DNA of 64,000 bases, from the NCBI GenBank assembly GCA_964016885.1, contig OZ024756.1, positions 6,448,001-6,512,000 of the forward strand, written 5' to 3'. Position numbers and translations under genes: made by a program. Shown piece after piece: positions 44,246 through 57,634 of this stretch; the first letter of the stretch is position 1; the number at the start of each line of letters is the position of its first letter. The DNA is from Eledone cirrhosa (lineage: Eukaryota). The notes under the pieces are model-generated. The model had not been told where the DNA came from. It worked only from the letters and a program-made list of their open reading frames with translations, and did not search any database.

Positions 44246-45289
44246 TTAAACTTCCTTCCATTCCATCTTTTGTAGCTTCCGCCTTCTTCTCATCTCTTTT
44301 CTTCAGTTCCAGCATCAACATCCTTTCCATGGCACCCCCCTCCCCCTTCTCTGCCACCACCACCCCATAAACCACCATTCACAAACAGTACCCTGTCCCC
44401 CCCCTTCTCCCACCTCCACCACCACCCCACAAACCACCATACACAAACAGTACCCTGTCCCTTAAAACAAAATAACAATACCTCTAGCCCTTTCACCCAC
44501 TTAAAACGGAATTCTTACACATTCAAACACCCCTCTTCCTTCTTCCCTCCCTCCAACTGCCCCCCCCCCCTCCTTATTCCCACCTCTTCCTTCTTACCTC
44601 CCTCCCTACCACCCTTCCTTCATTTTCTTTCTCTTTTCTATGTCTTTACTTTCCTCTAACACGTTTCTTCTTTTACTTAAAGCTTCTCGTCTTTATTTGC
44701 ATTGCCTTTCATTTCTAACTCCCTTCCTCTCTCTTTCATTCATTTCACTCAAATGTCGACAAGAACGAACGTGTTGGTTTGTTCCGAGAGAACTTCCCAC
44801 TCAGAGTCTATGGAGATATTTCCAGCAATCTCTGGCCTTCTAGTGCTCCAGAGAAAGGATGGGGAAAGAAGATATTGTCAATTCTGGATAAACTCTATAG
44901 CCTATAGAGTTTATCCACAATTGACAATATCTTCTTTGTGCCTATAGACTATAGGCACAAATACTATATATACAATTCACTGAATAGAAGTAAACACACA
45001 CGTATACCAGGTCCGACACAGAGGAGCCAGACTCCCACTGCAATCGCCTCCCATTCTCTGACCCCCAAGTGCTGTTAGCCGGACCTGTACGAAATGCGAT
45101 CAGAGTGACAAAATGTTCTGCATGCACTTCTTCAAGGCCCGTGTATTGTTAAATTGTGAGGGTTACGTTAAATAAATTGCTGAAGCCAGTAGGACGGCTT
45201 TAGCTATAAACCGAATCTAATGAGAAAATCGCGCGATTGCCCGCCTTTACTTGCGAGGGGCGGGCAGTTTTCTTATGTCTGGTTACTAT

Positions 45290-45680
45290 AGTTGTTTCTA
45301 CTTTTGGCACAAGGCCAGACATTTTAAGGGAAGTTGGGAAAATCGATTGAATCAACCCCAGTGTATTACTGGTACTTTATTTTATCAACCCCCGTAAGGA
45401 TAAAATGCAAAGCTAACCTCGGTGGGAAATGAACTCAGAATGTAAAGGGCTGTAACTATATGTCACAAAGCATATTGTCCGACGCTATACTGATACTGAC
45501 CGGTTACTATAATTGTTTCTACTTTTGGCACAAGGCCAGCAAATAACCAGTGTATTACTGGTACTTTATTTTATCGACCCCGTTAAACCTCAGCGGGATT
45601 TGAACTCTGAATGGCAAGGGCCGTAACTCTATGCGTCATAGCATGGTGTCCGACCCTCTACCGATACTGCCAATACCCCG
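45290..45680 (-). mobile_element. Two tandem OR-like SINEs
   Basis: Reverse complement of the 40111-40297 SINE. Confidence 0.85.
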
Positions 45681-46124
45681 AGGTTTATGTAGTATATACA
45701 AAGCTGAATAACAGAAAAAAGGACCGAAGTCGGGCATATTCCGCCCCCTATCTAATCTCACCTACTTCAAGCTTAAACTGCAAATTTACCAGAATGTGGG
45801 CAAAGAAAAATAGTGAAAATATGAAGAGTGACTGAGACTACTCCCCGCATGTACTTGTAGGTCAGAAAATGTCAGTTGGCAGAGGGTACCACCCTTGGTC
45901 TTAAGGGTGATCATTAACTTTAACTATAAATTGGAGGTTTAAATGCCTTATTTAATTGCCTATGTGCTAGAAATTTTTATTTTCTGTATACTACTAATTA
46001 GCTATTTATTTCATTTTTATGTAAAACCCCACCTATCCGTTGTAATATAACGTTCTCGTGTCCCCTTCGTTCTATCTCCATGCAGAACATGAAATAAATT
46101 ATCATTATTATTTGGCCCGAGTAA

Positions 46125-46500
46125 AGGGCCATAACTCTATGCTTTGCAGCCTAGAGTTACGGCCCTATATGGTCTGAGTTCAAATCCCGCCGAGGTTAAC
46201 TTTGCTTTTCATAATTACGAGGGCGATAAAATAAAGTACCAGTAATACACTGGAGGTATTTGCTGGCCTTGTGCCAAACGTAGAAACAAATATTTGGCAG
46301 AATCGGTAGAGAGTCGGACAACATGTTTTGCAGCATAGAGTTACGGCCCTTTTTTCCGGGTTCTAATACCGCCAAGGTTAGCTTTGCCGTTCATCTTTAC
46401 GGGGTCGATAAAATAAAGTAGCAGTAATACACTGGGGTTGAATTAATCGACTCCCCTCCCCTTAAATTGCTGGCCCTGTGTCTAAATTAGACATAATTAT
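46125..46500 (+). mobile_element. Two tandem OR-like SINEs
   Basis: GAGTTCAAATCCCGCCGAGG and GATAAAATAAAGTACCAG motifs. Confidence 0.85.
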
Positions 46501-46778
46501 TTTTACATTTTATTTTTCAACAATATTGTTTTTTCTTTTAATTTCATCATTCACTTAACTTCCTGTCTTTCATTCTATTTTCGTGTCTGTCTGTCACTCT
46601 ACATCTCTGTATGTCTGTCTATCTGTCGCTCTGCCTTTCTGTCTGTCTGTCTGTCTATCTGTCTGTCGCTCTGCCTTTCTGTCTGTCTGTCACTCTACCA
46701 TTCTGTCTTAAATATGTTTGTCAAAATAACAACACTTATACATCGATTTCACATAATACCACTTCACTATTCCTTTAA

Positions 46779-46828
<50 letters not shown>

Positions 46829-46877
46829 CAACCATATACATATATACATATACACACACATATACATACATATATAA

Positions 46878-46940
<63 letters not shown>

Positions 46941-47024
46941 ATGGTTTGCTCAATTTATCGTTTCTCAGCATCCATCTTCAGAATGTTTTATTTGTGAGAC
47001 AATGAGTTCACAAAAATAGCAACA

Positions 47025-47108
<84 letters not shown>

Positions 47109-47180
47109 TGTGTGTGTGTGTAGGTGGGGGGGACTCTCTCTATGTATGTATATATGTATATATGTATGTATATGTATGTA

Positions 47181-47449
47181 TGTCAAGTCACCAGTTGGTG
47201 CTACTGGTAACATGTATCCCAGTACAACCTGTCTCGTGGTCGGATGGTTGGCGACTAAACTGGCAACGCCACCAAGGTTTCTTGGTGAGGAGGGTCACTT
47301 TGGACATCCTGCATGTTTAAAAACAAAACCTGTCAAAGAGCAAAGGAGCTCTTAAGAGTCAATGGCCATCCAAAATCACCGAGAGAGATGACACCTTAGC
47401 CTTTGTCAAGGCAGAATTCTAGGAGAAAGAAAACTCTGATATAATACCT
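47181..47449 (+). mobile_element. 5' half of family A RTE-derived element
   Basis: Reverse complement of about 40655-40925. Confidence 0.7.
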
Positions 47450-47529
47450 TGCCATGATAGACTTAATTGTATTTACGAGAAATTTTGACCAATCCTCTTG
47501 ACAACTACAATCTTCCCATATAAGGAATT

Positions 47530-47722
47530 ACCCCTTGAAAAGTTCGGCTATTTATTTACCACGCTAAAAATTCTAGTTCAATCCAGATATAGCCGTCGAA
47601 ACGGCTGGAGCTCTGCCGTCGGGTTCATACATTTTCATATTACCCACTCTACTACTCCAAGTATTGAGTGCTCTGGTGCGTTATGGTCCATCTGGTTCAT
47701 TACCACACATCCTTCGTTATAT
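47530..47722 (+). mobile_element. Non-palindromic copy of the AGCCGTCGAAACGGCT family
   Basis: Same body as 38990-39125, preceded by TTGAAAAGTTCGGCTAT. Confidence 0.7.
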
Positions 47723-47811
47723 ATAATCATTGGAATATTTGATCTTATTCTACGGTGGATATGGCGTAGGTTTCGGACAAGACTCCCTTAATTTAATTTA
47801 ATTAAATTAAT

Positions 47812-47908
<97 letters not shown>

Positions 47909-48099
47909 AGAGAGAGAGAGAGAGATAACTAGATATATAGATACACACGTACACGTTCACCTCACCACACACACATATATATTATCATGCCTATGTATAT
48001 ATTTGTATATATATATATGCGTGTGTATATATGTACTTATTTATATGTGTGTATATGTATCTATGTGTGTGTATATATATATTCATATATATAATAATA

Positions 48100-48258
48100 A
48101 TTGTTTCTACTTTTGGCACAAGGCCAGCAATACCAGTACTTTATTTTATCGACCTTGTAAGGATCAAAAGCAAAGTTAACCTCGGCGGGATTTGAACTCA
48201 GACCATAAATTGCCGTAACTCTATGCGTCAAAGCATGGCGTCCGACCCTCTACCAATA
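48100..48258 (-). mobile_element. OR-like SINE
   Basis: Same motifs on the minus strand. Confidence 0.85.
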
Positions 48259-48294
48259 ATATTTTATCTGTTTAAAACACTATACACATACATA

Positions 48295-48335
<41 letters not shown>

Positions 48336-48534
48336 GTGAGGTTTTTTACAAAATGAAAAAATAACCAAGGTGTCCTACACGAGTGAAAGTGTAAAGAAAA
48401 AAAGATGAAATCGAAAATGCAACTGGAGTCTTATTTAAAAAAATATATATATATTTATTTGGTTCCTTTACCGACTTCGTAGTTCTTCTGCTTTTCAAAA
48501 GTAGAGTTGAGATGGAGGGTGTTTGGTTTTTCTC

Positions 48535-48591
<57 letters not shown>

Positions 48592-48593
<2 letters not shown>

Positions 48594-48812
48594 TTTTAGA
48601 GCAAAAGTCACGAACGCTCTATCTCAAAATTATTTTTGAAAAGTATTATAAATGCGCAACCGGTAAAAAGTTAAAACTGAATACTAACTAATACTTATTA
48701 CTAATTTATACTTATTCCTAATTAAACTATTTTTCACTGGGAAAAATTTGTCAGCATTTTCTTTTCCTTTTTACTAATATATCACAACTTGTGTGTCACA
48801 CCTCTATTTTTT
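48592..48812 (+). mobile_element. (TA)n-embedded repeat, probable PLE terminus
   Basis: Homologous to both arms of 51066-51375. Confidence 0.6.
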
Positions 48813-48828
48813 AAATATATATATACAC

Positions 48829-48970
<142 letters not shown>

Positions 48971-49030
48971 CATACATATATATATATATATATATACATA
49001 CATATATATATATATATATATACATACATA

Positions 49031-49070
<40 letters not shown>

Positions 49071-49159
49071 CATACATATATATATATATATATATACATA
49101 CATATATATATATATATATATACATACATATATATATATATACATACATATATATATAT

Positions 49160-49209
<50 letters not shown>

Positions 49210-49669
49210 CATAATGAAAGAATAAAAGGAATCGAGAGCGTGTCAACATATGTGGAACCTGAGACCCCAGTCATCGCAGCAAATATTGGGACTAGGATAT
49301 GATTAGTGCCTATGTTTGCTCTCCTTTAAATCTATAAATTTATGGATTTTTTTTCTTGACACTTCACTTCCCAGATTAAATGACAAATGTTTTTGTAACA
49401 CGTAAACACTATTCCCCGTGGGGTCTTTGTTTAATAGACATAACATAACACACATTTATTCACACACCTACTAATATAAATATAATGTAAATGGATTCAT
49501 GTTATTTTTGTGGCTATTATAAATATCCGTTGAAGAGACCTTTTTTTCAGCTAAAAGGGAAGGGATCCGATCACTTCCCTTTTTCAGCTAAAAGGGAAGG
49601 GATTCGTTCACTGAATTTTTGACACTCGTTGAATGATATGCTGAATTGTAGAAATGTAAGTATAGAATG

Positions 49670-49950
49670 AGGCAGCGAAATGGTAGAGTGGTTAGAACGT
49701 CGGATAAATACGTTAGAGTAATGCTGGTATAATGGTTTAGGATTCAGGCACAAGACAAACAATTTTGGAAGAGAGGAGCACCAATTAAATCAACCACAGT
49801 GTGCTACTGGTACTTTATTTTATCGACCCCGTAAGGATGAAAGGCAAAGCTAACCTCAGCGGAATTTGAACTCAGAAAGTAAAGATCCTTAATGTATATG
49901 TCGCAAAGCAGGGTGCTCGACGCTCTACCGATACAGCCAATCCACTGCCA
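49670..49950. mobile_element. SINE head (+) abutting an OR-like SINE (-)
   Basis: TGGTAGAGTGGTTAGA A-box near 49681; ACTGGTACTTTATTTTATCGACCCC near 49806. Confidence 0.7.
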
Positions 49951-50238
49951 TGCTGAGATGGTTAGCCGCAGGTATGAGCACCGCCACATGGATTGGCTCC
50001 TCCAGTTCCACTCCCTCACCATTTTCCGGTTGAAACATCTTCACCATTCAGTCCGACGGGGCTGTAGGGTGGCCAGCACGTGGGACTGCATTTGCTCATA
50101 ATACAGAGAGATGGGGAGGGCGAGAGAGATGGAAGCGATGACAGTGGGAGTTCGGCTCTTCCGTGTTGTGACCTGTTGTGTAGCGTCAGATATCCGTAGG
50201 GAAGTAGTGATTCATACACACACTCAAACACACACACA

Positions 50239-50295
<57 letters not shown>

Positions 50296-50316
50296 CAAGA
50301 ATCTATATATATATAT

Positions 50317-50518
50317 ACAGAAATGAATCCCCAGTCACTGAAGAGGTCACATAATGTGTAACGAAAGAACGTTGACAATATATGAACAAATGTCCGGTTG
50401 TGGAACCAACCAACCAACCGGAAATTTATAAATTCTTTATAAATTTAATTTATAATAAATTGGAGTGAAAGCTATGGTGCGTGTGTTTCTTATTGGCAAC
50501 ATGACCCTCCCAAAGTAT

Positions 50519-50525
<7 letters not shown>
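50317..50525 (+). mobile_element. Diverged solo pLTR of the GIY-YIG PLE family with a decayed hammerhead (50333-50377)
   Basis: Colinear with 18270-18484 and ends at the same CCCAAAGTATAACAATA. The cleavage motif reads GAAC-GT instead of GAAC-TA. Confidence 0.8.
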
Positions 50526-50570
<45 letters not shown>

Positions 50571-50636
50571 TTATATTTATATATATAATATATATATATA
50601 TAATATATATATATATAATATATATATATATAATAT

Positions 50637-50695
<59 letters not shown>

Positions 50696-50727
50696 TTATA
50701 TATATAGTATATATATATATATATATA

Positions 50728-50780
<53 letters not shown>

Positions 50781-50791
50781 TTATATATATA

Positions 50792-50834
<43 letters not shown>

Positions 50835-51065
50835 ATATTATATATATACTCACTATTATAATATATATACAACTATATATGATGATGTCCAAGGGAAAGG
50901 CAATGGCCGTTATAGATTGGCACCAGGGACGTCGCAACTCATATAGATACATTATATACAGTATATATTCACTATATATACCTAAATATACACACTATAT
51001 ATACATTATATATACACTATATATGATGTTGTCCATATATATATATATTTATATATATTATATAT

Positions 51066-51375
51066 ATTAGTAAAAGGAAAAGAAAATGCTGACAAATGTT
51101 TCCCAGTGAAAAATAGTTTAATTAGGAATAAGTATAAATTAGTAATAAGTATTGGTTAGTATTCAGTTTTAGTATTAAGTCTTTACCGTTTGCGCATTTC
51201 TAATGCTTTTCAAAAATAATTTACAGATAGATTGCTCCTGACGTTTGCAAACATTAGAGCAAACATCCTATTCCTAATTAAACTATTTTTCACTGGGAAA
51301 AATTTGTCAGCATTTTCTTTACCTTTTTACTAATATATCACAACTCGTGTGTTACACCTCTATTTTTTTAAAATG
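51066..51375. mobile_element. Fold-back insertion, same family as 48592-48812
   Basis: About 51066-51130 is the reverse complement of about 51269-51335. Confidence 0.7.
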
Positions 51376-51412
51376 TTTATATATATATATATATATATAT
51401 TATAGTGTATAT

Positions 51413-51603
51413 AATTGTTTCTACTATTGGCCCAAGGCCAGAAAATTACCCAGTACATTACTGGTACTTTATTTTATCGACCCCGTAAGGATGAAAGGCA
51501 AAGTTAACCTCGGCGGGATTTGAACTCAGAATGGCAAGGGCCGTAACTCTATGCGTCAAAGCATGGCGTCCGAACCTCTACCGATACTGCCAATCCACCG
51601 CCA
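51413..51603 (-). mobile_element. OR-like SINE, near full length
   Basis: A/B boxes and core on the minus strand. Confidence 0.88.
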
Positions 51604-51608
51604 TTATA

Positions 51609-51793
<185 letters not shown>

Positions 51794-51796
51794 TAC

Positions 51797-51832
<36 letters not shown>

Positions 51833-51834
<2 letters not shown>

Positions 51835-52020
51835 GAGTTGAGACGTCACTGGTGCCAAGCTGTATCGGCCATTGCCTTTCCCTTGGACATCATCAGTGGC
51901 GTGGAGAGGAGAGACTGGGATGTATGGGTGACTGATGGTCTCCCACAGACAACCTTGTCCGGACTTGTGCCTCGGAAGGGAACCTTCTAGGTGTAAAACA
52001 CATGCTCATTCGTACCTGAG
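51833..52020 (+). mobile_element. Interspersed repeat (LINE UTR-like); inverted partial copy at 50880-50943
   Basis: GGCCATTGCCTTTCCCTTGGACATCATC is shared in opposite orientation. Confidence 0.55.
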
Positions 52021-52121
52021 TGAGTTCTCCCTTCCTCCATATATATATGTATATATATGAATTAGTTGGAAAACGATCGAATGTATATCGATCTGATCCG
52101 ACGACTTCGTTTCAGTATTGT

Positions 52122-52224
<103 letters not shown>

Positions 52225-52719
52225 CTCTGTGTCTATGCGTCTGTGTGTGTGTGTGTGTGTGCCTGTTTGTGTGTGTCTATGTGTGTTTAAGTATTTGTGT
52301 TTGTGTGTGTATATAAGTGTTTGTATGTATGTTTATGTATGTGTATGTATGTATGTGTGTGTGTGTGTGTATGTGTGTGCGTGTGTGTGTACGTGTGTGT
52401 ATGTGTGTGTTCCCATGCATGGTATATAATGTCCCAGTGTCCCTGTTTGATTTGCGAGGAGCCTGAATAAAGTGTAAACATGTATAAGTGAGAGGCAATC
52501 GCCGTGTTTACCTATTTGGAATCAAGGATTAGTTTAGTAACAAGTAACAACAGATCAATGTAAAACCTCCTCCACCTCTACCTCTTTTCATATACACACA
52601 GCTGAACACGTAACACGTAACACCTAACACACCAATCTTAGCAACCTCATCAGTCACTTTCATATTGACTTACACTCTTTTATTTCATCAGTCGATCTAG
52701 AATAGGAGTTTCTAATTAA

Positions 52720-53045
52720 AGGAGCAAGGCCAGCAATTTAGGGCTGGAGGAAGACAATAGTATCGCCCTGGAAATAGACAGGGACATTTGATCCCTGAAT
52801 ACAAGATAAGGTTGATCGAAGGATAAGAGTTTCTATTTTAGGCACAAGCCCTGCAATTTATGGCTGGAGAAAAACAATATTTATCACCTCAGAAATTGAC
52901 AGGGACGTCATTTGATCGACCTGAATACAAAATAAGGTTGATCGAAGGATAAAAGATAAGAATGACATTGGCGCAATTTGAAACCAAAACGTGGAAGATT
53001 GTATTTAAATAGAACCCGAAGGAATCTGTCAATTCACCGCCATAT
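52720..53045 (-). mobile_element. Degraded, partly duplicated OR-like SINE
   Basis: CAAGGCCAGCAATTT...GATCGAAGGATAA segment occurs twice. Confidence 0.55.
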
Positions 53046-53084
53046 AGCTATAATATAAAACCTTATTTGTAATCGTCTGCCTCT

Positions 53085-53400
53085 ATACGTATTAATCAGT
53101 ATACACTGAGGATGAAAAACTCAGAGCTGTATGGGAGCGTCCTAAAAGTCAGCTCAAATGTAACACAGAAGAGACTGAGGTTAGCTGGACATGCTCACCG
53201 ACATACAGAGTTGACACTGCACTCAGTGCTTCTGTGGGAGCCCTTGCATGGACACACTGGAAGGGGAAGACCAAGGTTAACGTATGTTGATGCCTTAAAG
53301 ACACACTGGTCTGTTGGAGACGCAGGACATGGCAGCGATAGTGAGGGACAGAGACCGCTGGATAGAACTCCTCCATGGATCTCGGGAATTTTACTCGCCC
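53085..53400 (+). pseudogene. RTE/RTE-X LINE ORF2 C-terminal remnant
   Basis: NSELYG...KRLRLAGHAHRH...VLLWEPLHG..GRGRPRLTYVDALK is a typical RTE-type C-terminal motif series. Confidence 0.85.
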
Positions 53401-53530
53401 TATATATATATACATATATAGGGCAGAAACTTGCGTAAAATCGATGGATTCTTAGATTCTAAGATTTAATCAATCTACCTTGATTAAATCTTAACCATCT
53501 ACCATGTCAGGGTATGTCATGTATCATTTT

Positions 53531-53595
53531 ATTCTATCTGATGAGGACGTACTGTTGAACTTAATTCAGTACCTCTGAAATATGTATAATAAAAT
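53531..53595 (+). ncRNA. Type I hammerhead (group 2)
   Basis: ATTCTAT-CTGATGA-GGACGTACTG-loop-CAGTACCTCT-GAAA-TATGTA-TA-ATAAAAT, inside a copy (about 53455-53640) of the 39353 family. Confidence 0.7.
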
Positions 53596-53640
53596 ATAAT
53601 TGATCACAAGAATATCTATTTTGTTAATATTTGGAATTTA

Positions 53641-53697
<57 letters not shown>

Positions 53698-53737
53698 GAT
53701 ATTAACAAATGGAAACTATATTTATAAAACCATATTT

Positions 53738-53800
53738 ATTTCATTATACATATTTCAAGGATACCAAGTTAAATTATGGTATGCCTTCATCAGACAAAAT
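53738..53800 (-). ncRNA. Type I hammerhead (group 3)
   Basis: Reverse complement of 53936-53998. Confidence 0.72.
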
Positions 53801-53935
53801 ACAATATATACCAGTTTTATAAATAAACATTGACGTACCCTTTCAAAATGCAACCGTTACTTTTGGAAGACATCAGTAACGGCTGCATTTTGAAAGAGTA
53901 CGTCAATGTTTATTTATAAAACTGGTATATATTGT

Positions 53936-53998
53936 ATTTTGTCTGATGAAGGCATACCATAATTTAACTTGGTATCCTTGAAATATGTATAATGAAAT
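53936..53998 (+). ncRNA. Type I hammerhead (group 3)
   Basis: ATTTTGT-CTGATGA-AGGCATACCA-loop-TGGTATCCTT-GAAA-TATGTA-TA-ATGAAAT. Confidence 0.75.
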
Positions 53999-54126
53999 AA
54001 ATATGGTTTTATAAATATAGTTTCTATTTGTTAATATCGTATATCTACTCCAAATACTTGTCGAGTGCTTTATATCAGTTATAAAAATATTTGCTTGTTG
54101 TATCCCAACAATTTAAATAGAACTTT

Positions 54127-54160
<34 letters not shown>

Positions 54161-54707
54161 GATATCCTTAGTATTACACATACGATAAAGTGTGTGGATA
54201 TGAAATGATGTCATACATTGATTCCCGGTTATACCATTGAACATTTCTATAATCCAAGAACTAGAAGTGTGTCTGAGGTCGGACTAAGTCACGGTGAACT
54301 ATTTGATGAGGAATAAATCCATAGAAGGAGTGACTGTGTCTGGATAAGTGTAGGGTGGGTACATGTGGGGGGGGGGGCGAAAAACGGGTGGGTGTATGTG
54401 GGGGGTGAAGCATGGGTGGGTGTCTCTGGGGGGGGGGGGTGAAGCATGGGTGGGTGTCTGTGGAAGTGTGAAGCATGGGTGGGTGTTGTGGGGGTGTGAA
54501 GCATGTGTGGGTGTCTGTGAGGGAGGCGTTGGTGTGTGTGAAGTTTGACGTGTGTTTTACCCCTCTCTCTCTCACAGCTTGTATGTATGTGTAAACGTTA
54601 ATCTCTCTCTCTCTCTCGTTCTTTGAGGTTGTCTCTCTCTCTCTTTGTGTACTTCTCTCTCTCCCACTTTCTTTCTGCATGTATGTCGCTAACGTTGGCG
54701 TGTACAG

Positions 54708-54748
<41 letters not shown>

Positions 54749-54952
54749 TGTTAACGTTGGCGTGTACCACACACTCTCTCTCCCTCTGGATTTTCTCTCT
54801 CTCTGTGAGAGAGAGTGAGAGAGAGTGTGTGGGAGGGGAGTGAGAAAGAGAGAGTGTGTGTGGAGGGAGAGTGAGTGAGAGAGAGAAAGAGCGAGATAGT
54901 TTGTTGGTGGGGGGAGAGTGAGAGAGAGAGTGTGTGTGGAGGGAGAGTGAGT

Positions 54953-54985
<33 letters not shown>

Positions 54986-55309
54986 TGTGTGGGGGGAGTG
55001 AGAGAGAGACAGTGTGTGGGGGGGGGAGTGAGAGAGAGAGAGTGTTTGGAGTTGATAAAGAGACGTTAAGAAGAAAGAAAGAAAGTGCACATGGGTGTGA
55101 GGTATGTAGTGGGGGGGGGGAGAAGATATATTGAAGTGACGGGTGAGAGGGGGAGGTGATATAAGAAGATATAGTGAGGGGGAGAAGGGGATGTAGGGGG
55201 TGGGAGGAAGAGACAAGGGGGAGGAATGGATAATATCTGAGATTAACAAATGATTAAAACACTAGAGAGTGTATAACTTGATGTAAAGGGACTGGATGAG
55301 TCAGACTAC

Positions 55310-56220
55310 CGGTGTGTATATATGTATATACATGTATATACATACATGTATTTATGTGTGTATTTGTGTATATACATACATGTATGTATGTGTGTATTTG
55401 TGTTTATACATACATGTATTTATATGTATATTTGTGTATATACATACATGTATTTATGTGTGTGTATATGTATATACATACATACATGTATGTATGTAAT
55501 TATGTTTATATAATTATATACATACATGTATCTATGTATTTATGTGTGTATATGTGTATATACATTCGTATATGTGTATATACATTCATGTATTTAGGTA
55601 TTTATATGTGTATATATATACACACATATAAATACATAAATACATGAATGTATATACACATATACACACATAAATACATAGATACATGTATGTATATAAT
55701 TATATAAACATAATTACATACATATATGTATGCATGTATATACATATACACACATAAATACATGTATTTATCTATGTATTTATGTGTGTATATGTGTATA
55801 CATACATGTATTTAACTCTGTATTTTTTTATTTATGTATGTATATATGATTGCATTACGTATATGTATGTGTCTATGTGTGTATACATACATGTATTTAT
55901 GTATGTATTTATGTGTGTATGTGTGTATACATGTATTTATGTATATATTTATGTATGTATTTATGTGTGTATGTATATATATGTATGTTTGTATGTATGT
56001 GTGTATGTGTGTATACATACATGTATTTATGTATGTATTTATGTATGTATTTATGTGTGTATGTATATATATGTATGTTTGTGCGTATGTATGTATGTGT
56101 GTATGTATATGTTTGTTTTTACACGTGTATGTATATGCATTTGTATATGTATGTATATAGCTATGTATGTATGTATATAGCTATGTATGCATGTGTATAT
56201 GTTGTATATAACTATATATG
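55310..56220. repeat. TATG/GT-rich compound microsatellite with an internal inversion
   Basis: Direct reading. Confidence 0.85.
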
Positions 56221-56311
56221 GAAGTGGTAAGGTGTGTTAGGATGGATGTGTTACATAACGGTGACATTGTGTAAAGATAGAGATGTGTTAGAAATGTAAA
56301 CGATACGAGTA

Positions 56312-56460
56312 CATTACTGGTACTTTATTTTATCGACCCCGTAAGGATGAGAGGCAATGTTAACCTCGGCGGGATTTGAACTCAGAATGGCAAGGGCCGT
56401 AACTCTATGCGTCAAAGCATGGCGTCCGACCCTCTATCGATACTGCCAATCCACCGCCCA
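56312..56460 (-). mobile_element. OR-like SINE
   Basis: Near-identical to 51455-51603. Confidence 0.88.
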
Positions 56461-56547
56461 TACCTTGTACACATTAATATATGCGAGCACGCACATACAC
56501 ACATACACACATACGCACATACATACACATGTGTGTATAGAAATAAA

Positions 56548-56662
56548 GGCGCGTGGCTGAGTGGTTAGAGAATTGGATTCGCAATGGTGAGGTTGTGAGT
56601 TCGATTCCCAGGCCGAGTGATGCATTATATCCTTGAGCAAGATATTTTATTTCACGTGGCTT
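56548..56662 (+). mobile_element. OK-like tRNA-derived SINE 5' part
   Basis: TGGCTGAGTGG A-box, GAGTTCGATTCC B-box and CCTTGAGCAAG core. Confidence 0.8.
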
Positions 56663-56838
56663 CTTCTGCCTGGATTTGCGACCAACAGGTAGTATTAGAA
56701 ATTGTAAAGACCAATGGAAACATTGTTTCCTCGGTCCGATATGACGAGCTCCACCTCACTTGTTAAGCGAATGACGACTGGTATCTTGTCAATCGACTGT
56801 CAAAATATATATATATATATATATGTATATATACCTGT

Positions 56839-56878
<40 letters not shown>

Positions 56879-56939
56879 TATGACTGCCAAAACTGGATTT
56901 GAACCATCAGCACAGTTGAGGTATGTCAGACATCAATTT

Positions 56940-57003
56940 ATTTTATCTGATGAGGACGTACTGATGAAACAGCTCAGTACCTCTGAAATATATATAATTA
57001 AAT
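56940..57003 (+). ncRNA. Type I hammerhead (group 2)
   Basis: ATTTTAT-CTGATGA-GGACGTACTGA-loop-TCAGTACCTCT-GAAA-TATATA-TA-ATTAAAT. Confidence 0.68.
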
Positions 57004-57065
57004 ATATTTGATCACATGAATGTCTATATTTATTAATATTTTGAAGTAATATATATATATATATG

Positions 57066-57149
<84 letters not shown>

Positions 57150-57328
57150 CTTAATACATTAACAGTGAAAGCTTTTAGCGATACTCCGACCAACTCCCAT
57201 CTCACTCGACAAACATTAGGATATACCTGAGTATAATCCCAATTATACGTTTGGGGTGCTAACTATATTGTATTTCGTGGATAGTCGGCTGTATTATTTT
57301 ATATGAGACATAATTAAATAAATCTCTT

Positions 57329-57450
57329 TCCATACGATCGTTTCGTTATAAGATTTCTACAATGTGGGAAAATAATGTCCAAGTTATGTAGAAGCTTGCA
57401 TATAATCCATAGATATCCATGCAAGTGGGCCCTTATAACTCATCAGTGGA
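57329..57450 (-). ncRNA. Type I hammerhead with branched stem II extension (group 4)
   Basis: Minus strand: TCCA-CTGATGA-GTTATAAG-[79 nt]-CTTATAAC-GAAA-CGATCG-TA-TGGA. Canonical core with a GUA site. Confidence 0.82.
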
Positions 57451-57469
57451 TGCCCAGGCAATATCAATA

Positions 57470-57528
<59 letters not shown>

Positions 57529-57562
57529 CTCTGTTGAATAATAATCAACAAACCATATAACT

Positions 57563-57627
<65 letters not shown>

Positions 57628-57634
57628 CACAAAA

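Larger units (their letters stand above)
53692..54044. mobile_element. Palindromic PLE-type insertion (hammerhead group 3)
   Basis: Arms of about 170 bp with few mismatches around a 13-nt spacer (53862-53874). Confidence 0.82.

Noticed and set aside
43478-44378. Mucin-like Thr-rich or Val-rich ORFs
   Set aside because: Trinucleotide low-complexity DNA, open on both strands, with no domain or splice support.
46953-46984. CTGAAGA...GAAACGATA on the minus strand
   Set aside because: No stem II can be formed.
56548-56620. tRNA gene
   Set aside because: A/B boxes run into a SINE core and no complete cloverleaf is visible.
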